This document shows, piece after piece, positions 19,887 through 31,374 of a DNA stretch of 64,000 nt (within the stretch, counting starts at the first letter, position 1; each line of letters opens with the position of its first letter). Under the pieces are notes generated by a model. That model searched no databases. It was not told where the DNA came from and was given only the letters and a program-made list of their open reading frames with translations. This stretch comes from Opitutales bacterium (GTDB lineage: Bacteria; Verrucomicrobiota; Verrucomicrobiia; Opitutales; Oceanipulchritudinaceae), in the NCBI GenBank assembly GCA_020831485.1, contig JAFIGG010000007.1:5952-69951 (forward strand). The letters run 5' to 3'. The translations under genes were made by a program, and so were the position numbers.

Positions 19887-20615
19887 ATGACTGATCAACA
19901 TAGCAACCCGAAAACTATGAACTCTCAGCAATCCAAAAAGATTTTGATCGTCGATGACGAGCCGGACGTAACGGAGCTGATCCATTACCGGCTACGCAAG
20001 GAAGGTTATTCTGTTAAGGTCCTCAATGATCCTCTACAATTTATGGGTACGGCCTTAGAGTTTATGCCTGATCTGTTTGTCCTCGACATCATGATGCCTG
20101 AGCTGGACGGATTGAAATTATGCCGCATGATTCAGGCAGATAAAAATCTCACCGCCATACCTGTCATACTTTTAACAGCAAAGGGTGAAGTTGAGGACCG
20201 TATCAAAGGACTGGAACTGGGTGCAGACGACTACATATCCAAGCCTTTCGACATGAAGGAGCTTACCTTGAGGATTGGCCGAATCCTCAAACGCACAGCG
20301 AAACAGGAGCCAGCCGAAGCCAGCCAGCTACAGATTGCCGACATAATACTGGACACCGATGAACACAAAGTGACCCTAGATGGCAAACTTGTTGAATTGA
20401 CTGCTACTGAATTCAAATTGTTGAGACTTCTGATGGAACGGAAGGGTAGGGTGCAGAGCCGCGAGAACCTATTAGTCAATGTTTGGAACTACGATACAGA
20501 CACCGAAACACGCACTATAGACACCCATATCCGGCGCTTGCGTGAAAAGCTGCATCATCGCTCAGATCTGATAGAAACGGTCAGAGGGGTGGGCTATCGG
20601 ATAAATCTGCCCTAA
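19887..20615 (+). CDS. OmpR/PhoB-family response regulator
   Basis: Receiver domain KILIVDDEPDV...LDIMMPELDG...LTAKG. The winged-helix output domain reads LTATEFKLLRLLMERKGRVQSRENLL...RTIDTHIRRLREKL...ETVRGVGYR. Confidence 0.9.
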   Translation: MTDQHSNPKTMNSQQSKKILIVDDEPDVTELIHYRLRKEGYSVKVLNDPLQFMGTALEFMPDLFVLDIMMPELDGLKLCRMIQADKNLTAIPVILLTAKGEVEDRIKGLELGADDYISKPFDMKELTLRIGRILKRTAKQEPAEASQLQIADIILDTDEHKVTLDGKLVELTATEFKLLRLLMERKGRVQSRENLLVNVWNYDTDTETRTIDTHIRRLREKLHHRSDLIETVRGVGYRINLP

Positions 20616-20622
20616 ACAAAGC

Positions 20623-21984
20623 ATGACTTCGGTAGCGGTCATCCTGGCGCTAATTATCGTCTTTCTTCTGTGGCGAATAAAACGTATTCATTTATTAATA
20701 CAAATGATAATAGCTTCTACTGAGGAGCGCCGAACTATTCTGAATGAAAATCCGGAAACGCTGATAGGCAGCTTCAGTATTGACCGGCTCGCCAGCGCAA
20801 TCAATCAGCTGATTTCGGAGAACCAGAAAGTAGCAGCCAGAGGACAGGCCTACCTCAATCAGATTGAAGCCACACTTGGCAATCTCAGGGAAGCTGTGTT
20901 GATCATCGACGACGAGAACTTTATTCGCCTTAGCAATCTTGCCTTTCGACAGTTGATTGACCGTACCCAAAACCCCATTGGTTCACGCCTGGAAGCATTT
21001 ATCCAAGGGCCTGATTTCATTGAACGCCTTGGTGAAATGAAAGCGGGCGTAAGCTCGAGCCGGGCGGAAGTCGAAGCGCATATTGGAAGCCGGCGACGTT
21101 GGCTCGAAATCTCCAGCGCCCGACTCCCTCAGGATCAGCAGAGCAGTCAGCGCCTGACCCTGTTTGTTTTCCACGATATTACCCGGCAGAAGAATCTTGA
21201 GCGAATGCGGACTGAGTTTGTTGCCAACGTGTCCCACGAGTTGCGCACGCCCGTGACTGTGATCAAAGGCTTCGCTGAAACGCTGCAGGAGGATTATGCT
21301 GAATTGGACGATGCGGATCGGCTGCGCTTCCTTGACCGCATCATTTCCAACAGCAAGCGCCTGAATAATCTGATTCAGGATCTCTTACTGATCTCCAGAC
21401 TTGAAGCCAGCAGCGATGCCCTGAGTCCACAGCGCCAATCTCTCCACGCCATTATTCGGGAGTGTGCCGAAAATGTGGAAACACGCCTCAAGCAAGGTCA
21501 ACGGATTGAATACCAGCTCGAGGCGCAGGAAGAGACCCTCTACGTTGACAATCTGCGCATTTCACAGGTCGTAACCAATCTGCTGGAAAATGCGCTCCGT
21601 CACGGACGCGGCCTGACCACCTTAAAGATCCACACATATGGGGTAGAGGAGGGGATCGTGACCGCCATTGAAGACGACGGCTGCGGGATCCCGTCCAAAG
21701 ACCTTCCATTCATTTTTCAGAGGTTTTACCGAGTCGACAAGAGCCGCTCACGCGAATCCGGTGGAACCGGTCTTGGGCTCAGCATTGTGAAGCACATTAT
21801 TCAGCAACACGGTGGTGACATCAGGGCTGAAAGTGAATATGGAAGCTGGACACGCATGTCATTTTTCCTTCCTTACCCAGGGCGAATGGCCGAAAACGCT
21901 GTTTTCAGCGCATTCCGAAAACGCCCACGCTATTTTGACTCAGATGACCCAGCCAAGCCCAAGCCAAACGAACCAGGCCAGTGA
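20623..21984 (+). CDS. Sensor histidine kinase (PhoR-like HisKA/HATPase_c)
   Basis: N-terminal TM helix, H-box FVANVSHELRTPVTVIKG, N-box NLLENALRHG, G1 box EDDGCGIP and G2 box GGTGLGLSIVKHI. Confidence 0.88.
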   Translation: MTSVAVILALIIVFLLWRIKRIHLLIQMIIASTEERRTILNENPETLIGSFSIDRLASAINQLISENQKVAARGQAYLNQIEATLGNLREAVLIIDDENFIRLSNLAFRQLIDRTQNPIGSRLEAFIQGPDFIERLGEMKAGVSSSRAEVEAHIGSRRRWLEISSARLPQDQQSSQRLTLFVFHDITRQKNLERMRTEFVANVSHELRTPVTVIKGFAETLQEDYAELDDADRLRFLDRIISNSKRLNNLIQDLLLISRLEASSDALSPQRQSLHAIIRECAENVETRLKQGQRIEYQLEAQEETLYVDNLRISQVVTNLLENALRHGRGLTTLKIHTYGVEEGIVTAIEDDGCGIPSKDLPFIFQRFYRVDKSRSRESGGTGLGLSIVKHIIQQHGGDIRAESEYGSWTRMSFFLPYPGRMAENAVFSAFRKRPRYFDSDDPAKPKPNEPGQ

Positions 21985-22573
21985 GCCAGCGTATCTGCAG
22001 CGACGCCAGGAACGTATCCGGCAGCTGGCGGCAGAACTTTCCGACCGCTACCCCTCCCCGCAGCGCCTGACACTTGAAGCGGGCTGCGGTCACGGCCATT
22101 TTTTGACCGCTTTCGCCGAAAATCATCCCCACGCGCAATGCATGGGCGTCGATCTGGTTAGCAAACGTATCCGCAAAGCCCTCAACAAACGCGACAAGCG
22201 TGACCTCAACAACCTCCACTTCATGAAAGGCAGCCTTCACGAATGGCTTCAAGCCCTGCCAGCGGAACACGCCCTGGAGCGTATTTTCATGTTGTTTCCG
22301 GATCCATGGCCCAAGAAACGCCATCACAAGCACAGAATGCTCCAACCCGAACTCCTGTCTGCGCTGGCCCAGCGGGCGACACCGAATTGTCGCCTACATT
22401 TCCGTAGCGATCACGCCGCCAACTTCGCATGGGCCGTTGAACAGGTCGTTCAACACCCTTCATGGGAGATACAGACGAAAGAACCCTGGCCCTTCGAGCA
22501 CAGCTCCTTCTTCCAGGAGTTGATGGTAAAATACGAATCCTTTACGGCAATCAATTCATCACCCACCAGATAA
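21944..22573 (+). CDS. trmB: tRNA (guanine-N7)-methyltransferase
   Basis: LEAGCGHGHFL SAM motif, MGVDL and RIFMLFPDPWPKKRHHKHR signature. Start set at Met45 of the listed ORF. It would overlap the kinase gene by 41 nt, so the true start is uncertain. Confidence 0.8.
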   Translation: MTQPSPSQTNQASEPAYLQRRQERIRQLAAELSDRYPSPQRLTLEAGCGHGHFLTAFAENHPHAQCMGVDLVSKRIRKALNKRDKRDLNNLHFMKGSLHEWLQALPAEHALERIFMLFPDPWPKKRHHKHRMLQPELLSALAQRATPNCRLHFRSDHAANFAWAVEQVVQHPSWEIQTKEPWPFEHSSFFQELMVKYESFTAINSSPTR

Positions 22574-22772
22574 TCACAAACTGGAACATCACCGCCAGGC
22601 CGGCCCATCCCCAGGCGATATAAAGCGCCCAATCTGTAGCAAGCGCACGCTCGTGGATCTTCGAAGCGCGCACGACCTTGCGTTCCAGACCCGCACCCGA
22701 TTTACGGCGCATTGTCTGGATTTTGCTCAAATCTCGGGTTAAATCTTTAGCATTTGGCATAGGATACCGCAA
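22551..22772 (-). CDS. Hypothetical small tail-anchored membrane protein
   Basis: 73-aa ORF with a basic N-terminal half and one C-terminal hydrophobic helix (WALYIAWGWAGLAVMFQFVIIWWV). It is divergent from atpB and its 3' end overlaps the trmB 3' end. No family recognised. Confidence 0.3.
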   Translation of the reverse strand: MRYPMPNAKDLTRDLSKIQTMRRKSGAGLERKVVRASKIHERALATDWALYIAWGWAGLAVMFQFVIIWWVMN

Positions 22773-22864
22773 ATTGTGGAATCAAGGATTGACGCGCAAA
22801 AGAAGGTCATTCAAGAACTTTTAATTTTCCCAATTTCGCTTTTCAGCCAAATTACGGACCCTGA

Positions 22865-23725
22865 ATGAAACCCTTTTTCAAAAGAATACTCGGCTTTTCC
22901 CTCTTCGGCCTGAGTGCGCAAAGCGCTTTGGCTGTGTCACCCAGTGCCTACAAGCTGGTAGAAGACACAGGGATTTTTGGTCTCCCCATCACCAATTCAA
23001 TGGTCACCAGCTGGGTTATTTCCCTGCTGCTGATCCTCGCGGTGCGCATGGCTGTCAAAAAGCCAACCTTGATTCCAACCCGTGGACAGGCCGTTGTAGA
23101 AGACGCAGTTTCCGGAATCCGTGGTATCGTTGAGCCGATTGTAGGCAAAAAGATGATTGGGGTAACCTTCCCTCTCCTGATTTCGCTCTTCGCCTTCATC
23201 CTCATCCATAACTGGAGCGGGATGATTCCTGGCGTCGGATCTTTCGGACTGGTCGACGAAAAGGGCAGCCTGAGCTACTGGATGCGCCCAGGCAATGCCG
23301 ACCTTAACATGACTATCGCTCTCGCCCTGGTGGCATCCGTTGTCAGCTGGGGCTACTTCGTCTTCCGCTATGCGGGAGCAAAGATCCTCTTCTACGACCT
23401 TTTTGGCAACAAAGCAAACCCGGCAGAAATGCCCAAGCTAATCTATCTTTTGCTCTTTCCTATCTTTTTTGCCGTTGGGCTGATCGAGGTCGTATCGATC
23501 ATATTCCGACCGGTTTCCCTTTCGTTTCGTCTTTTCGGAAATGTCTTCGGCGGCGAAAACCTTTTGACCAACATCACCGGTATTTTTCTTTATGTTATAC
23601 CAGTACCCTTCTACTTTCTTGAACTCCTCATTGGTCTGGTGCAGGCATTGGTCTTCACCATTCTGACCGCCGTTTACATCGGCCTCATCTGCAACCACGG
23701 TGACGACGAGGAACACGCCCATTGA
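22865..23725 (+). CDS. atpB: F0F1 ATP synthase subunit a
   Basis: Polytopic membrane protein. The conserved Arg context is [16 protein letters not shown]. It is the first gene of the atp operon. Confidence 0.92.
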   Translation: MKPFFKRILGFSLFGLSAQSALAVSPSAYKLVEDTGIFGLPITNSMVTSWVISLLLILAVRMAVKKPTLIPTRGQAVVEDAVSGIRGIVEPIVGKKMIGVTFPLLISLFAFILIHNWSGMIPGVGSFGLVDEKGSLSYWMRPGNADLNMTIALALVASVVSWGYFVFRYAGAKILFYDLFGNKANPAEMPKLIYLLLFPIFFAVGLIEVVSIIFRPVSLSFRLFGNVFGGENLLTNITGIFLYVIPVPFYFLELLIGLVQALVFTILTAVYIGLICNHGDDEEHAH

Positions 23726-23813
23726 ACCACTTTTCCTGTAAGCCCGCCACGCCCACCCAGTGCCGGACAACGGGAAACTCATTAATCCAAATACAAAACA
23801 CAGTTAAGATACC

Positions 23814-24035
23814 ATGAACTTAATCACTGCAGCTATCGAAGGTAACATTCATCACGCCCTCCAGGGAGCCATCGGTTGTGCCGCCGCCGCCATCGGCGTG
23901 GCCATCATCGGTTACAAGGCCGTCGAGGCTGTTGGCCGCAATCCCGGCGCCTCCGGTAAAATCCTCGTCCAATCCATCATCGGAATGGCGCTCGCAGAAG
24001 CTGTCGCCTTCTACGCCCTCTTCCTGGGCCGCTGA
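23814..24035 (+). CDS. atpE: F0F1 ATP synthase subunit c
   Basis: 73-aa helical hairpin with a GRNPG loop and the ion-binding carboxylate in MALAEAVAFYAL. Confidence 0.92.
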   Translation: MNLITAAIEGNIHHALQGAIGCAAAAIGVAIIGYKAVEAVGRNPGASGKILVQSIIGMALAEAVAFYALFLGR

Positions 24036-24122
24036 GCAGACTGTGCCGACCCTTTTTGACGCCGGCGTGGGCTCATTCCCGCCCGGCGATTCAAAGCGCA
24101 CTTCCAACACAAACTTAGCCTT

Positions 24123-24683
24123 ATGCTCGACAGCCTGATCACCCTCGCCCTCGCCGAAGCCCCGTCCGAGTCCGGTATCACCGTTCTCTTCAACAACTTT
24201 GGCATTGATGGAAAAATCATCGTTGCGCAGATGATCAACTTCGTCTTGGTCGCCGCTGTGCTCTGGAAGTTTGCGTTCAAGCCAGTGATCGCGAACCTGG
24301 ATGAGCGCCAGCAGAAGATCTCCGACGGACTCCGCTTTGCCGAAGAATCCAAGCAACAGCTCGAATCCGCTGAGCGCGAAAAGGCCGACATCATTCGCGA
24401 TGCCAACGGTGAGGCTCAGAAAATTCTGGCCGAAGCCCGAGAAAAAGCAAAATCCTACGAGGAAAAGCAGCGCGCCGTCACCGCACAGTCCATCGAAGAC
24501 ATGCGCAAGCGCGCGGACGAATCCAATGCCCTCGAACGCCAGCGCATGCTGAGTGAAGCCCGCCAGGAAATTGCCCAGCTGGTAGTTCTGACTTCGGCCA
24601 AGGTGCTCAAATCGGAACTCAATGATGCCGACAAGAAGCGTCTGAACGAAGCCGCAACCAGAGAAATCGCCAGCCTCAATTAA
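24123..24683 (+). CDS. atpF: F0F1 ATP synthase subunit b
   Basis: One TM helix (QMINFVLVAAVLWKFAFKPV) followed by a long A/E/K/R-rich helix. Its position between atpE and atpH fits. Confidence 0.88.
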   Translation: MLDSLITLALAEAPSESGITVLFNNFGIDGKIIVAQMINFVLVAAVLWKFAFKPVIANLDERQQKISDGLRFAEESKQQLESAEREKADIIRDANGEAQKILAEAREKAKSYEEKQRAVTAQSIEDMRKRADESNALERQRMLSEARQEIAQLVVLTSAKVLKSELNDADKKRLNEAATREIASLN

Positions 24684-24701
24684 GGCCTACTGTTCAATCC
24701 G

Positions 24702-25097
24702 ATGCTTGAGGAAAAAGACAAAAAACTGGCCAACCGCCTTATCGAGCTCACCCTCGATGCCGGCGACAATGCCGTAACCGAAATTGTTCCGGCAATGGAT
24801 AAGTTACTGAAGGACTGGTCCTCAGCCCGACGCCGGGGATTCATCCGCTATTTTCTTCGCATGCTTAAGCGCGCCCTGCAAAAGGAGACGCTCCAGATCC
24901 AGCACGCCGGACCCATGGAAGGCAGCCTGGTCGAGGACCTCAAAGCTCGCTTCTCCCAGGGAATCAAACGCCCACTCCGCATCGAGCAACTGGAAAACCC
25001 GGAGCTGATCGGTGGCATTACCGTTAAACTCGGCGACAATGTTTACGACGCATCGGTCGACGGCCGCCTGAAACAACTGACCGAAGCCGTTCGCTAA
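24702..25097 (+). CDS. atpH: F0F1 ATP synthase subunit delta (OSCP), unusually short at 131 aa
   Basis: The C-terminal signature PELIGGITVKLGDNVYDASVDGRLKQL and the operon position fit delta. The N-terminal domain appears abbreviated. Confidence 0.8.
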   Translation: MLEEKDKKLANRLIELTLDAGDNAVTEIVPAMDKLLKDWSSARRRGFIRYFLRMLKRALQKETLQIQHAGPMEGSLVEDLKARFSQGIKRPLRIEQLENPELIGGITVKLGDNVYDASVDGRLKQLTEAVR

Positions 25098-25136
25098 CGC
25101 TTCACACTTTCTCAATTATCTAAAAATATTTCATCC

Positions 25137-26675
25137 ATGAGCAGCATTCTGGAACAAATCGAAAAGGAAATCCAAAGCCTCAACACGGGCGTCGGTAAGA
25201 CCAACACCGGTAGCATCACATCGATTGCTGACGGCGTTGCACGCGTGGAGGGACTCTCCGAAGTCATGTATAATGAGATGGTCGAGTTTCCCGGTGGCAT
25301 CATGGGTATCGCACTCAACCTTGAGGAAGATGAAGTCGGCGTTGTCTGCCTTGGTGATGCGAATCACCTGAAGCAGGGCGATCCGGTCAAAACTACCGGC
25401 CGTCTGCTTTCCGTTCCCGTAGGCAAAGGTTTGCTGGGCCGCGTCGTCGACGCTCTAGGCGAAGCCGAAGATGGTAAGGGTCCGATTGCTTCCGATGAGT
25501 TCTTTCCAGTCGAAAAGATCGCTCCCGGCATTATCCCTCGTAAATCTGTTGATCAGCCGCTTCAGACCGGCATTATGGCTGTGGACTCGATGATTCCGAT
25601 TGGCCGTGGACAACGTGAGCTGATCATCGGCGACCGTCAGACCGGTAAAACCACCATTGCCATAGATACCATCATCAACCAGGCGAAAATCAATCGCCAG
25701 GGACTTGAAGGTGGCGACGATTCCTTCCGTCCGGTTTACAGCATCTATGTGGCGATCGGCCAAAAGAATTCAACCATCGCCCGCACCATCCGCACACTGG
25801 AAGAAGCCGGCGCACTTGAATACACCATAATCGTAACGGCCCCGGCAGCTGAAAATGCAGCCAATCTTTACCTGGCACCGTTCACCGGTTGTGCAATGGG
25901 AGAGTGGTTCATGCAAAACGGTATGGACGCGCTGATCGTGTATGATGACCTCAGTAAACACGCAGCCGCCTATCGCCAAATCTCGCTCGTCCTGAAGCGC
26001 CCTGCGGGTCGTGAGGCCTATCCCGGTGACGTCTTCTACCTGCACAGCCGCCTGCTGGAGCGCTCGGCCCGTCTGAACGCCGACAACGGCAATGGTTCGC
26101 TGACCGCTCTGCCGATCATCGAAACCCAGGCCGGAGACGTATCCGCATACATTCCGACCAATGTGATTTCCATCACCGACGGTCAGATCTTCCTCGAAAG
26201 TGACCTTTTCAATCAGGGTATCCGCCCAGCCGTCAACGTGGGTCTGTCAGTAAGCCGCGTCGGTTCGGCAGCGCAGATCAAAGCCACCAAACAAGTGGCC
26301 GGTAAGGTCAAGCTTGAGCTGGCCGCCTACCGCGAACTGGCCGCATTCGCGCAGTTTGGATCCGACCTCGATGCCCGCACCAAGCGTCAATTGGACCGTG
26401 GTTCCCGCACCGTAGAGCTCTTCAAGCAACCCGTTTACTCGCCGAAGTCCGTCGAAGTTCAGGTTGTGCTCCTCTGGAGTTTGCAGAACAACTTCTTCGA
26501 TGACATCGCTGTTGATGACATCGTCAAAGCTGCGGAATCCCTACAGGAATACGTGGAAACCGGTAAGGCCGAACTCCTGCAGGAAATCCTGAAAGAGAAG
26601 AAGCTCAACGAATCCATCGAAAAGCAGCTGAAGGATGCCGTCGGCGCTTGGAAGAGCAGCTGGAAAAAAGACTGA
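25137..26675 (+). CDS. atpA: F0F1 ATP synthase subunit alpha
   Basis: [17 protein letters not shown] Walker [28 protein letters not shown] and [25 protein letters not shown]. Confidence 0.97.
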   Translation: MSSILEQIEKEIQSLNTGVGKTNTGSITSIADGVARVEGLSEVMYNEMVEFPGGIMGIALNLEEDEVGVVCLGDANHLKQGDPVKTTGRLLSVPVGKGLLGRVVDALGEAEDGKGPIASDEFFPVEKIAPGIIPRKSVDQPLQTGIMAVDSMIPIGRGQRELIIGDRQTGKTTIAIDTIINQAKINRQGLEGGDDSFRPVYSIYVAIGQKNSTIARTIRTLEEAGALEYTIIVTAPAAENAANLYLAPFTGCAMGEWFMQNGMDALIVYDDLSKHAAAYRQISLVLKRPAGREAYPGDVFYLHSRLLERSARLNADNGNGSLTALPIIETQAGDVSAYIPTNVISITDGQIFLESDLFNQGIRPAVNVGLSVSRVGSAAQIKATKQVAGKVKLELAAYRELAAFAQFGSDLDARTKRQLDRGSRTVELFKQPVYSPKSVEVQVVLLWSLQNNFFDDIAVDDIVKAAESLQEYVETGKAELLQEILKEKKLNESIEKQLKDAVGAWKSSWKKD

Positions 26676-26697
26676 TTGAGCGGAACCCGCTAAAACC

Positions 26698-27573
26698 ATG
26701 CCCAGCACCAGAGACATTCGCAACCGCATCCGGGGGGTAAAGAATACCGCCAAGATTACGCGTGCCATGCAGTTGGTCGCCGCTTCCAAGATGAAGCGGG
26801 CCCAGGACCGTGCCCTCGAGGGCCGGCCCTATGCCGAACAACTCGCACGCATGCTTGCGGTCCTCAACGACCGCATTCATGAGGATTTCAAACACCCCTT
26901 TCTGGAAGAGCGCAGCGTCAAGACACGCGGGGTTCTGGTCATCTCCACGGATAGAGGCCTCTGCGGACCGCTGAATGCTAACCTCTTTCGTGAAATTACT
27001 CGCCTCGATCGGGATGAAACGGCCTTCATCACCGTTGGCCGCAAAGCCAAACAATTCATTACGCGCACCCAGCGCAAACTTCTCGCCGACTTTCCGATCT
27101 CTGAAGACGCCCGCTTCAAAGAGCTGCGTCCAGTTGTTGAATTCCTCATCCAGCAATTCCTCGAAGGTAAGATCGACACGGTTGAGGTGCTCTACACGCA
27201 TTTCCGCAATACCCTGATCCAGGAGCCCCGTCTGGTTCCATTCCTCCCCTTCAAGGATTTCCAGGAGGATGTCGAACGCATGGCTGAGCAATCCGGCGAA
27301 AAGCTGGTGCACGATGACCGCGATGTGATCTTCGAACCCAATCCAGAACGCATCCTCAAGGAACTTCTGGACCTGTTCATCAAGCGCCAGGTTTACCAAC
27401 TGCTGATCGATGCCCGCGCATCCGAACACAGTGCGCGCATGGTTGCCATGAAGGCCGCCACCGACAATGCCAAGAAGCTGACCGACAGCCTCACTCTGCA
27501 ATACAACAAAGCCCGTCAGGCAGGGATTACCCAGGAGATTCTGGAAATCACTGCCGCCACTCTACATTCTTGA
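26698..27573 (+). CDS. atpG: F0F1 ATP synthase subunit gamma
   Basis: DIRNRIRGVKNTAKITRAMQLVAASKM N-terminus and ...NKARQAGITQEILEI C-terminus. Confidence 0.95.
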   Translation: MPSTRDIRNRIRGVKNTAKITRAMQLVAASKMKRAQDRALEGRPYAEQLARMLAVLNDRIHEDFKHPFLEERSVKTRGVLVISTDRGLCGPLNANLFREITRLDRDETAFITVGRKAKQFITRTQRKLLADFPISEDARFKELRPVVEFLIQQFLEGKIDTVEVLYTHFRNTLIQEPRLVPFLPFKDFQEDVERMAEQSGEKLVHDDRDVIFEPNPERILKELLDLFIKRQVYQLLIDARASEHSARMVAMKAATDNAKKLTDSLTLQYNKARQAGITQEILEITAATLHS

Positions 27574-27592
27574 TTCACAAAACTTTAGCTAA

Positions 27593-29032
<1,440 letters not shown>

Positions 29033-29037
29033 GTTCC

Positions 29038-29457
29038 ATGAGCCTTATCCTTGAAATCGTCACCCCTGAGCGCAAAGTGCTCAGCGAGACCATCGAACAC
29101 GTGGTCCTGCCCACGGAAGAAGGTGGTGAAATCGACATTTTGCCAGGCCACGCTCCTCTAATGGCATTAATCGAGCCTGGCCAGCTGCAGTATTTCAAGG
29201 ATGGAAAGTCCGAATCCATTGCTATCGACAAAGGTTTTATTCAGGTGATGGCGGACCGGGTTATGGTCCTTTCCGAGGCAGCTATTGAAGTCGACCTAAT
29301 CGATGTAAATGCCGCTGCAAATGCCCAGAAGCGGGCTGAAGAAGCGCTCAAGGAAGCCAAGGACAGCGGAGAAGACCCGGAAGTTCTGGAAGAGTTGGAA
29401 ACAAAAGCACGCTTCGCTGTCCTGCAAAAGATCATTGCTGAAAGCAAGCATCACTGA
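29038..29457 (+). CDS. atpC: F0F1 ATP synthase subunit epsilon
   Basis: 139 aa. The N-terminal beta-sandwich reads LEIVTPERKV...GEIDILPGHAPL and the C-terminus is a helical hairpin. It is the last gene of the operon. Confidence 0.9.
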   Translation: MSLILEIVTPERKVLSETIEHVVLPTEEGGEIDILPGHAPLMALIEPGQLQYFKDGKSESIAIDKGFIQVMADRVMVLSEAAIEVDLIDVNAAANAQKRAEEALKEAKDSGEDPEVLEELETKARFAVLQKIIAESKHH

Positions 29458-29498
29458 GGCGCTTGAAAAACAGGCGTTTCTGACCGATTCTATCCGTT

Positions 29499-30470
29499 AT
29501 GCAATTGACGGGCATTCATCACCTCACCGCGGTCACTGCGGATGTTCAGCTCAACTACCGCTTCTACACCGAAGTGCTCGGTCTGCGTCTGGTTAAAAAG
29601 ACAGTTAACCAGGATGATGTTTCGGCGTATCATCTCTTCTACGCCGACGGCAAGGGCTCACCGGGAACGGACATTACCTTCTTCGACTGGCCGGTTCCTG
29701 CGGAAAAACGCGGCACCCACAGCATTGTGAGAACCAGCCTTCGCATTGGTTCCGAAAGCACTCTCAAATGGTGGCACGGTCAGTTCAAAAAGAATGGCGT
29801 CAAACATCAGGATCCGGCCGAACGAGATGGATTCCCTGTTCTTGATTTCGAAGACCCTGAAGGCCAGCGCCTCAGTTTGATTGTAGATACTGAAGGTCAA
29901 CCGGGAGCTGTCTGGGAAAAGAGCTCAGTACCCGCTGAACATCAAATTCATGGTTTGGGGCCAATCACCATGAGCGTACCCAGTCTGGCCCGTACCGATA
30001 CAGTACTGACCCAAGTGATGTCCTTTAAGCAGACACACAGCTATCAACAACAGGCAAGCAGCGGCGACCAAACCGTTACGGTCCATGTCTACAAGATGGG
30101 GGAGGGCGGACCATCCGCTCAACTGCATGTTGCCGTAGAGCCGCAGCTGCCTCCAGCACGCCCGGGATCCGGAAGCGTCCACCACGTTGCTTTCCGCACA
30201 CCCAATCAGTCGGAATACCAAGCTTGGAATCAACGCCTGCAGGAATTGAAAATGCCATCCAGTGGCCCAGTCGACCGCTTCTACTTCCGTAGCCTCTATT
30301 TCCGCGAACCCAACGGAATCCTGTTCGAAATTGCGACGGATGAACCCGGTTTCGACGCCGATGAACCGATGGAAACCCTGGGAGAAGCTCTGGCCCTTCC
30401 ACCCTTTCTCGAACCCCGGCGTGCTTCAATAGAAGCTGGAATCAAACCGCTGAAGACCAGTCTTTCCTGA
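29499..30470 (+). CDS. VOC-family ring-cleaving dioxygenase (glyoxalase/bleomycin-resistance fold, MhqO/YfiE-like)
   Basis: GIHHLTAVTADVQLNYRFYTEVLGLRLVKKTVNQDD..AYHLFYAD and a second VOC repeat ...VHHVAFRT...FRSLYFREPNGILFEIATD. Confidence 0.8.
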   Translation: MQLTGIHHLTAVTADVQLNYRFYTEVLGLRLVKKTVNQDDVSAYHLFYADGKGSPGTDITFFDWPVPAEKRGTHSIVRTSLRIGSESTLKWWHGQFKKNGVKHQDPAERDGFPVLDFEDPEGQRLSLIVDTEGQPGAVWEKSSVPAEHQIHGLGPITMSVPSLARTDTVLTQVMSFKQTHSYQQQASSGDQTVTVHVYKMGEGGPSAQLHVAVEPQLPPARPGSGSVHHVAFRTPNQSEYQAWNQRLQELKMPSSGPVDRFYFRSLYFREPNGILFEIATDEPGFDADEPMETLGEALALPPFLEPRRASIEAGIKPLKTSLS

Positions 30471-31364
30471 TCAACTGTAACGGCGGGCCCGGCCAAAATA
30501 ACTGATCGTCCACAGCTCCTGCCAAATGCGGTGGCGTCCAGCGGCGGTTATGCGGCCCTTGTCTTCCATGTCCGCCTCTGAACTGAAAAATCCCATTTCC
30601 CGGTTCAACTTTTCCAACAGGGCCCTGTCCGCATTCAAAACTTCCAGCGCATCCTGCTCAAACGGCAGCCACTGATCCGACAGCGCTGCGTCCATGCGCT
30701 GCAAGTGACGTTGATACAATTGCTCAACGGATTGCATCAAAGGACGCCGCTCGACACTCCAACTCTCCGGATAAAAGCCACCGTAGGGAAGAAACAGGTT
30801 GTCGGTTACCCAGCGGTGTTTGCGCTCATCCAGGGAATGGAAGGCACAGGAAATGGCATTATTCATGCCCACCCCACCGAGAAAGATGATGTGTACGCGA
30901 ACAAAACTTTCCGGGTGCTCATAGACAAATACGTGCATCAGGATCTGTTCGTCCATACGGGCCAGCAGCGACTGATGCTTCTTGAATCCATTCGCACGCA
31001 ACCAATCACGCAGCTGGATCGAACGCTCATCCTTGGGCCATTGCCCCGTGCGCTGATTCAGTTCAAAGCGTGGAAAGAATGGCAGATCACTGCGCGAAAT
31101 AGCAGAAATAACCACCCAGTTATAAATCGTTTCAACCAGAAACCAGCCCAGAAAACTGACACTTGCAGTGACCCAGAAAGGATAGGTTGTCCAACCCGTT
31201 TCGCTCAACAAATAGCCACCAAATGCCCCGGTAAAAAACCAGCGGCTCCAACGCGAACATACAGCCAGCAACGGGGAGCCGGAGCGACGGGCACCCCAGG
31301 TAAAGCCCAAGGTCGCGAACGCCAGGACCAAAACAATAATCTGCAGCGAAACGGACGCGATCAA
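30471..31364 (-). CDS. Hypothetical membrane protein
   Basis: 297 aa with about four N-terminal hydrophobic helices followed by a soluble domain. It lies immediately downstream of dnaN on the same strand. No family recognised. Confidence 0.6.
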   Translation of the reverse strand: MIASVSLQIIVLVLAFATLGFTWGARRSGSPLLAVCSRWSRWFFTGAFGGYLLSETGWTTYPFWVTASVSFLGWFLVETIYNWVVISAISRSDLPFFPRFELNQRTGQWPKDERSIQLRDWLRANGFKKHQSLLARMDEQILMHVFVYEHPESFVRVHIIFLGGVGMNNAISCAFHSLDERKHRWVTDNLFLPYGGFYPESWSVERRPLMQSVEQLYQRHLQRMDAALSDQWLPFEQDALEVLNADRALLEKLNREMGFFSSEADMEDKGRITAAGRHRIWQELWTISYFGRARRYS

Positions 31365-31374
31365 TGGAACGGTA

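Noticed and set aside
29458-29498. Intrinsic terminator after atpC
   Set aside because: The apparent repeat AGGCGC...AGGCGT is direct, not inverted. No stem followed by a T-tract could be drawn.
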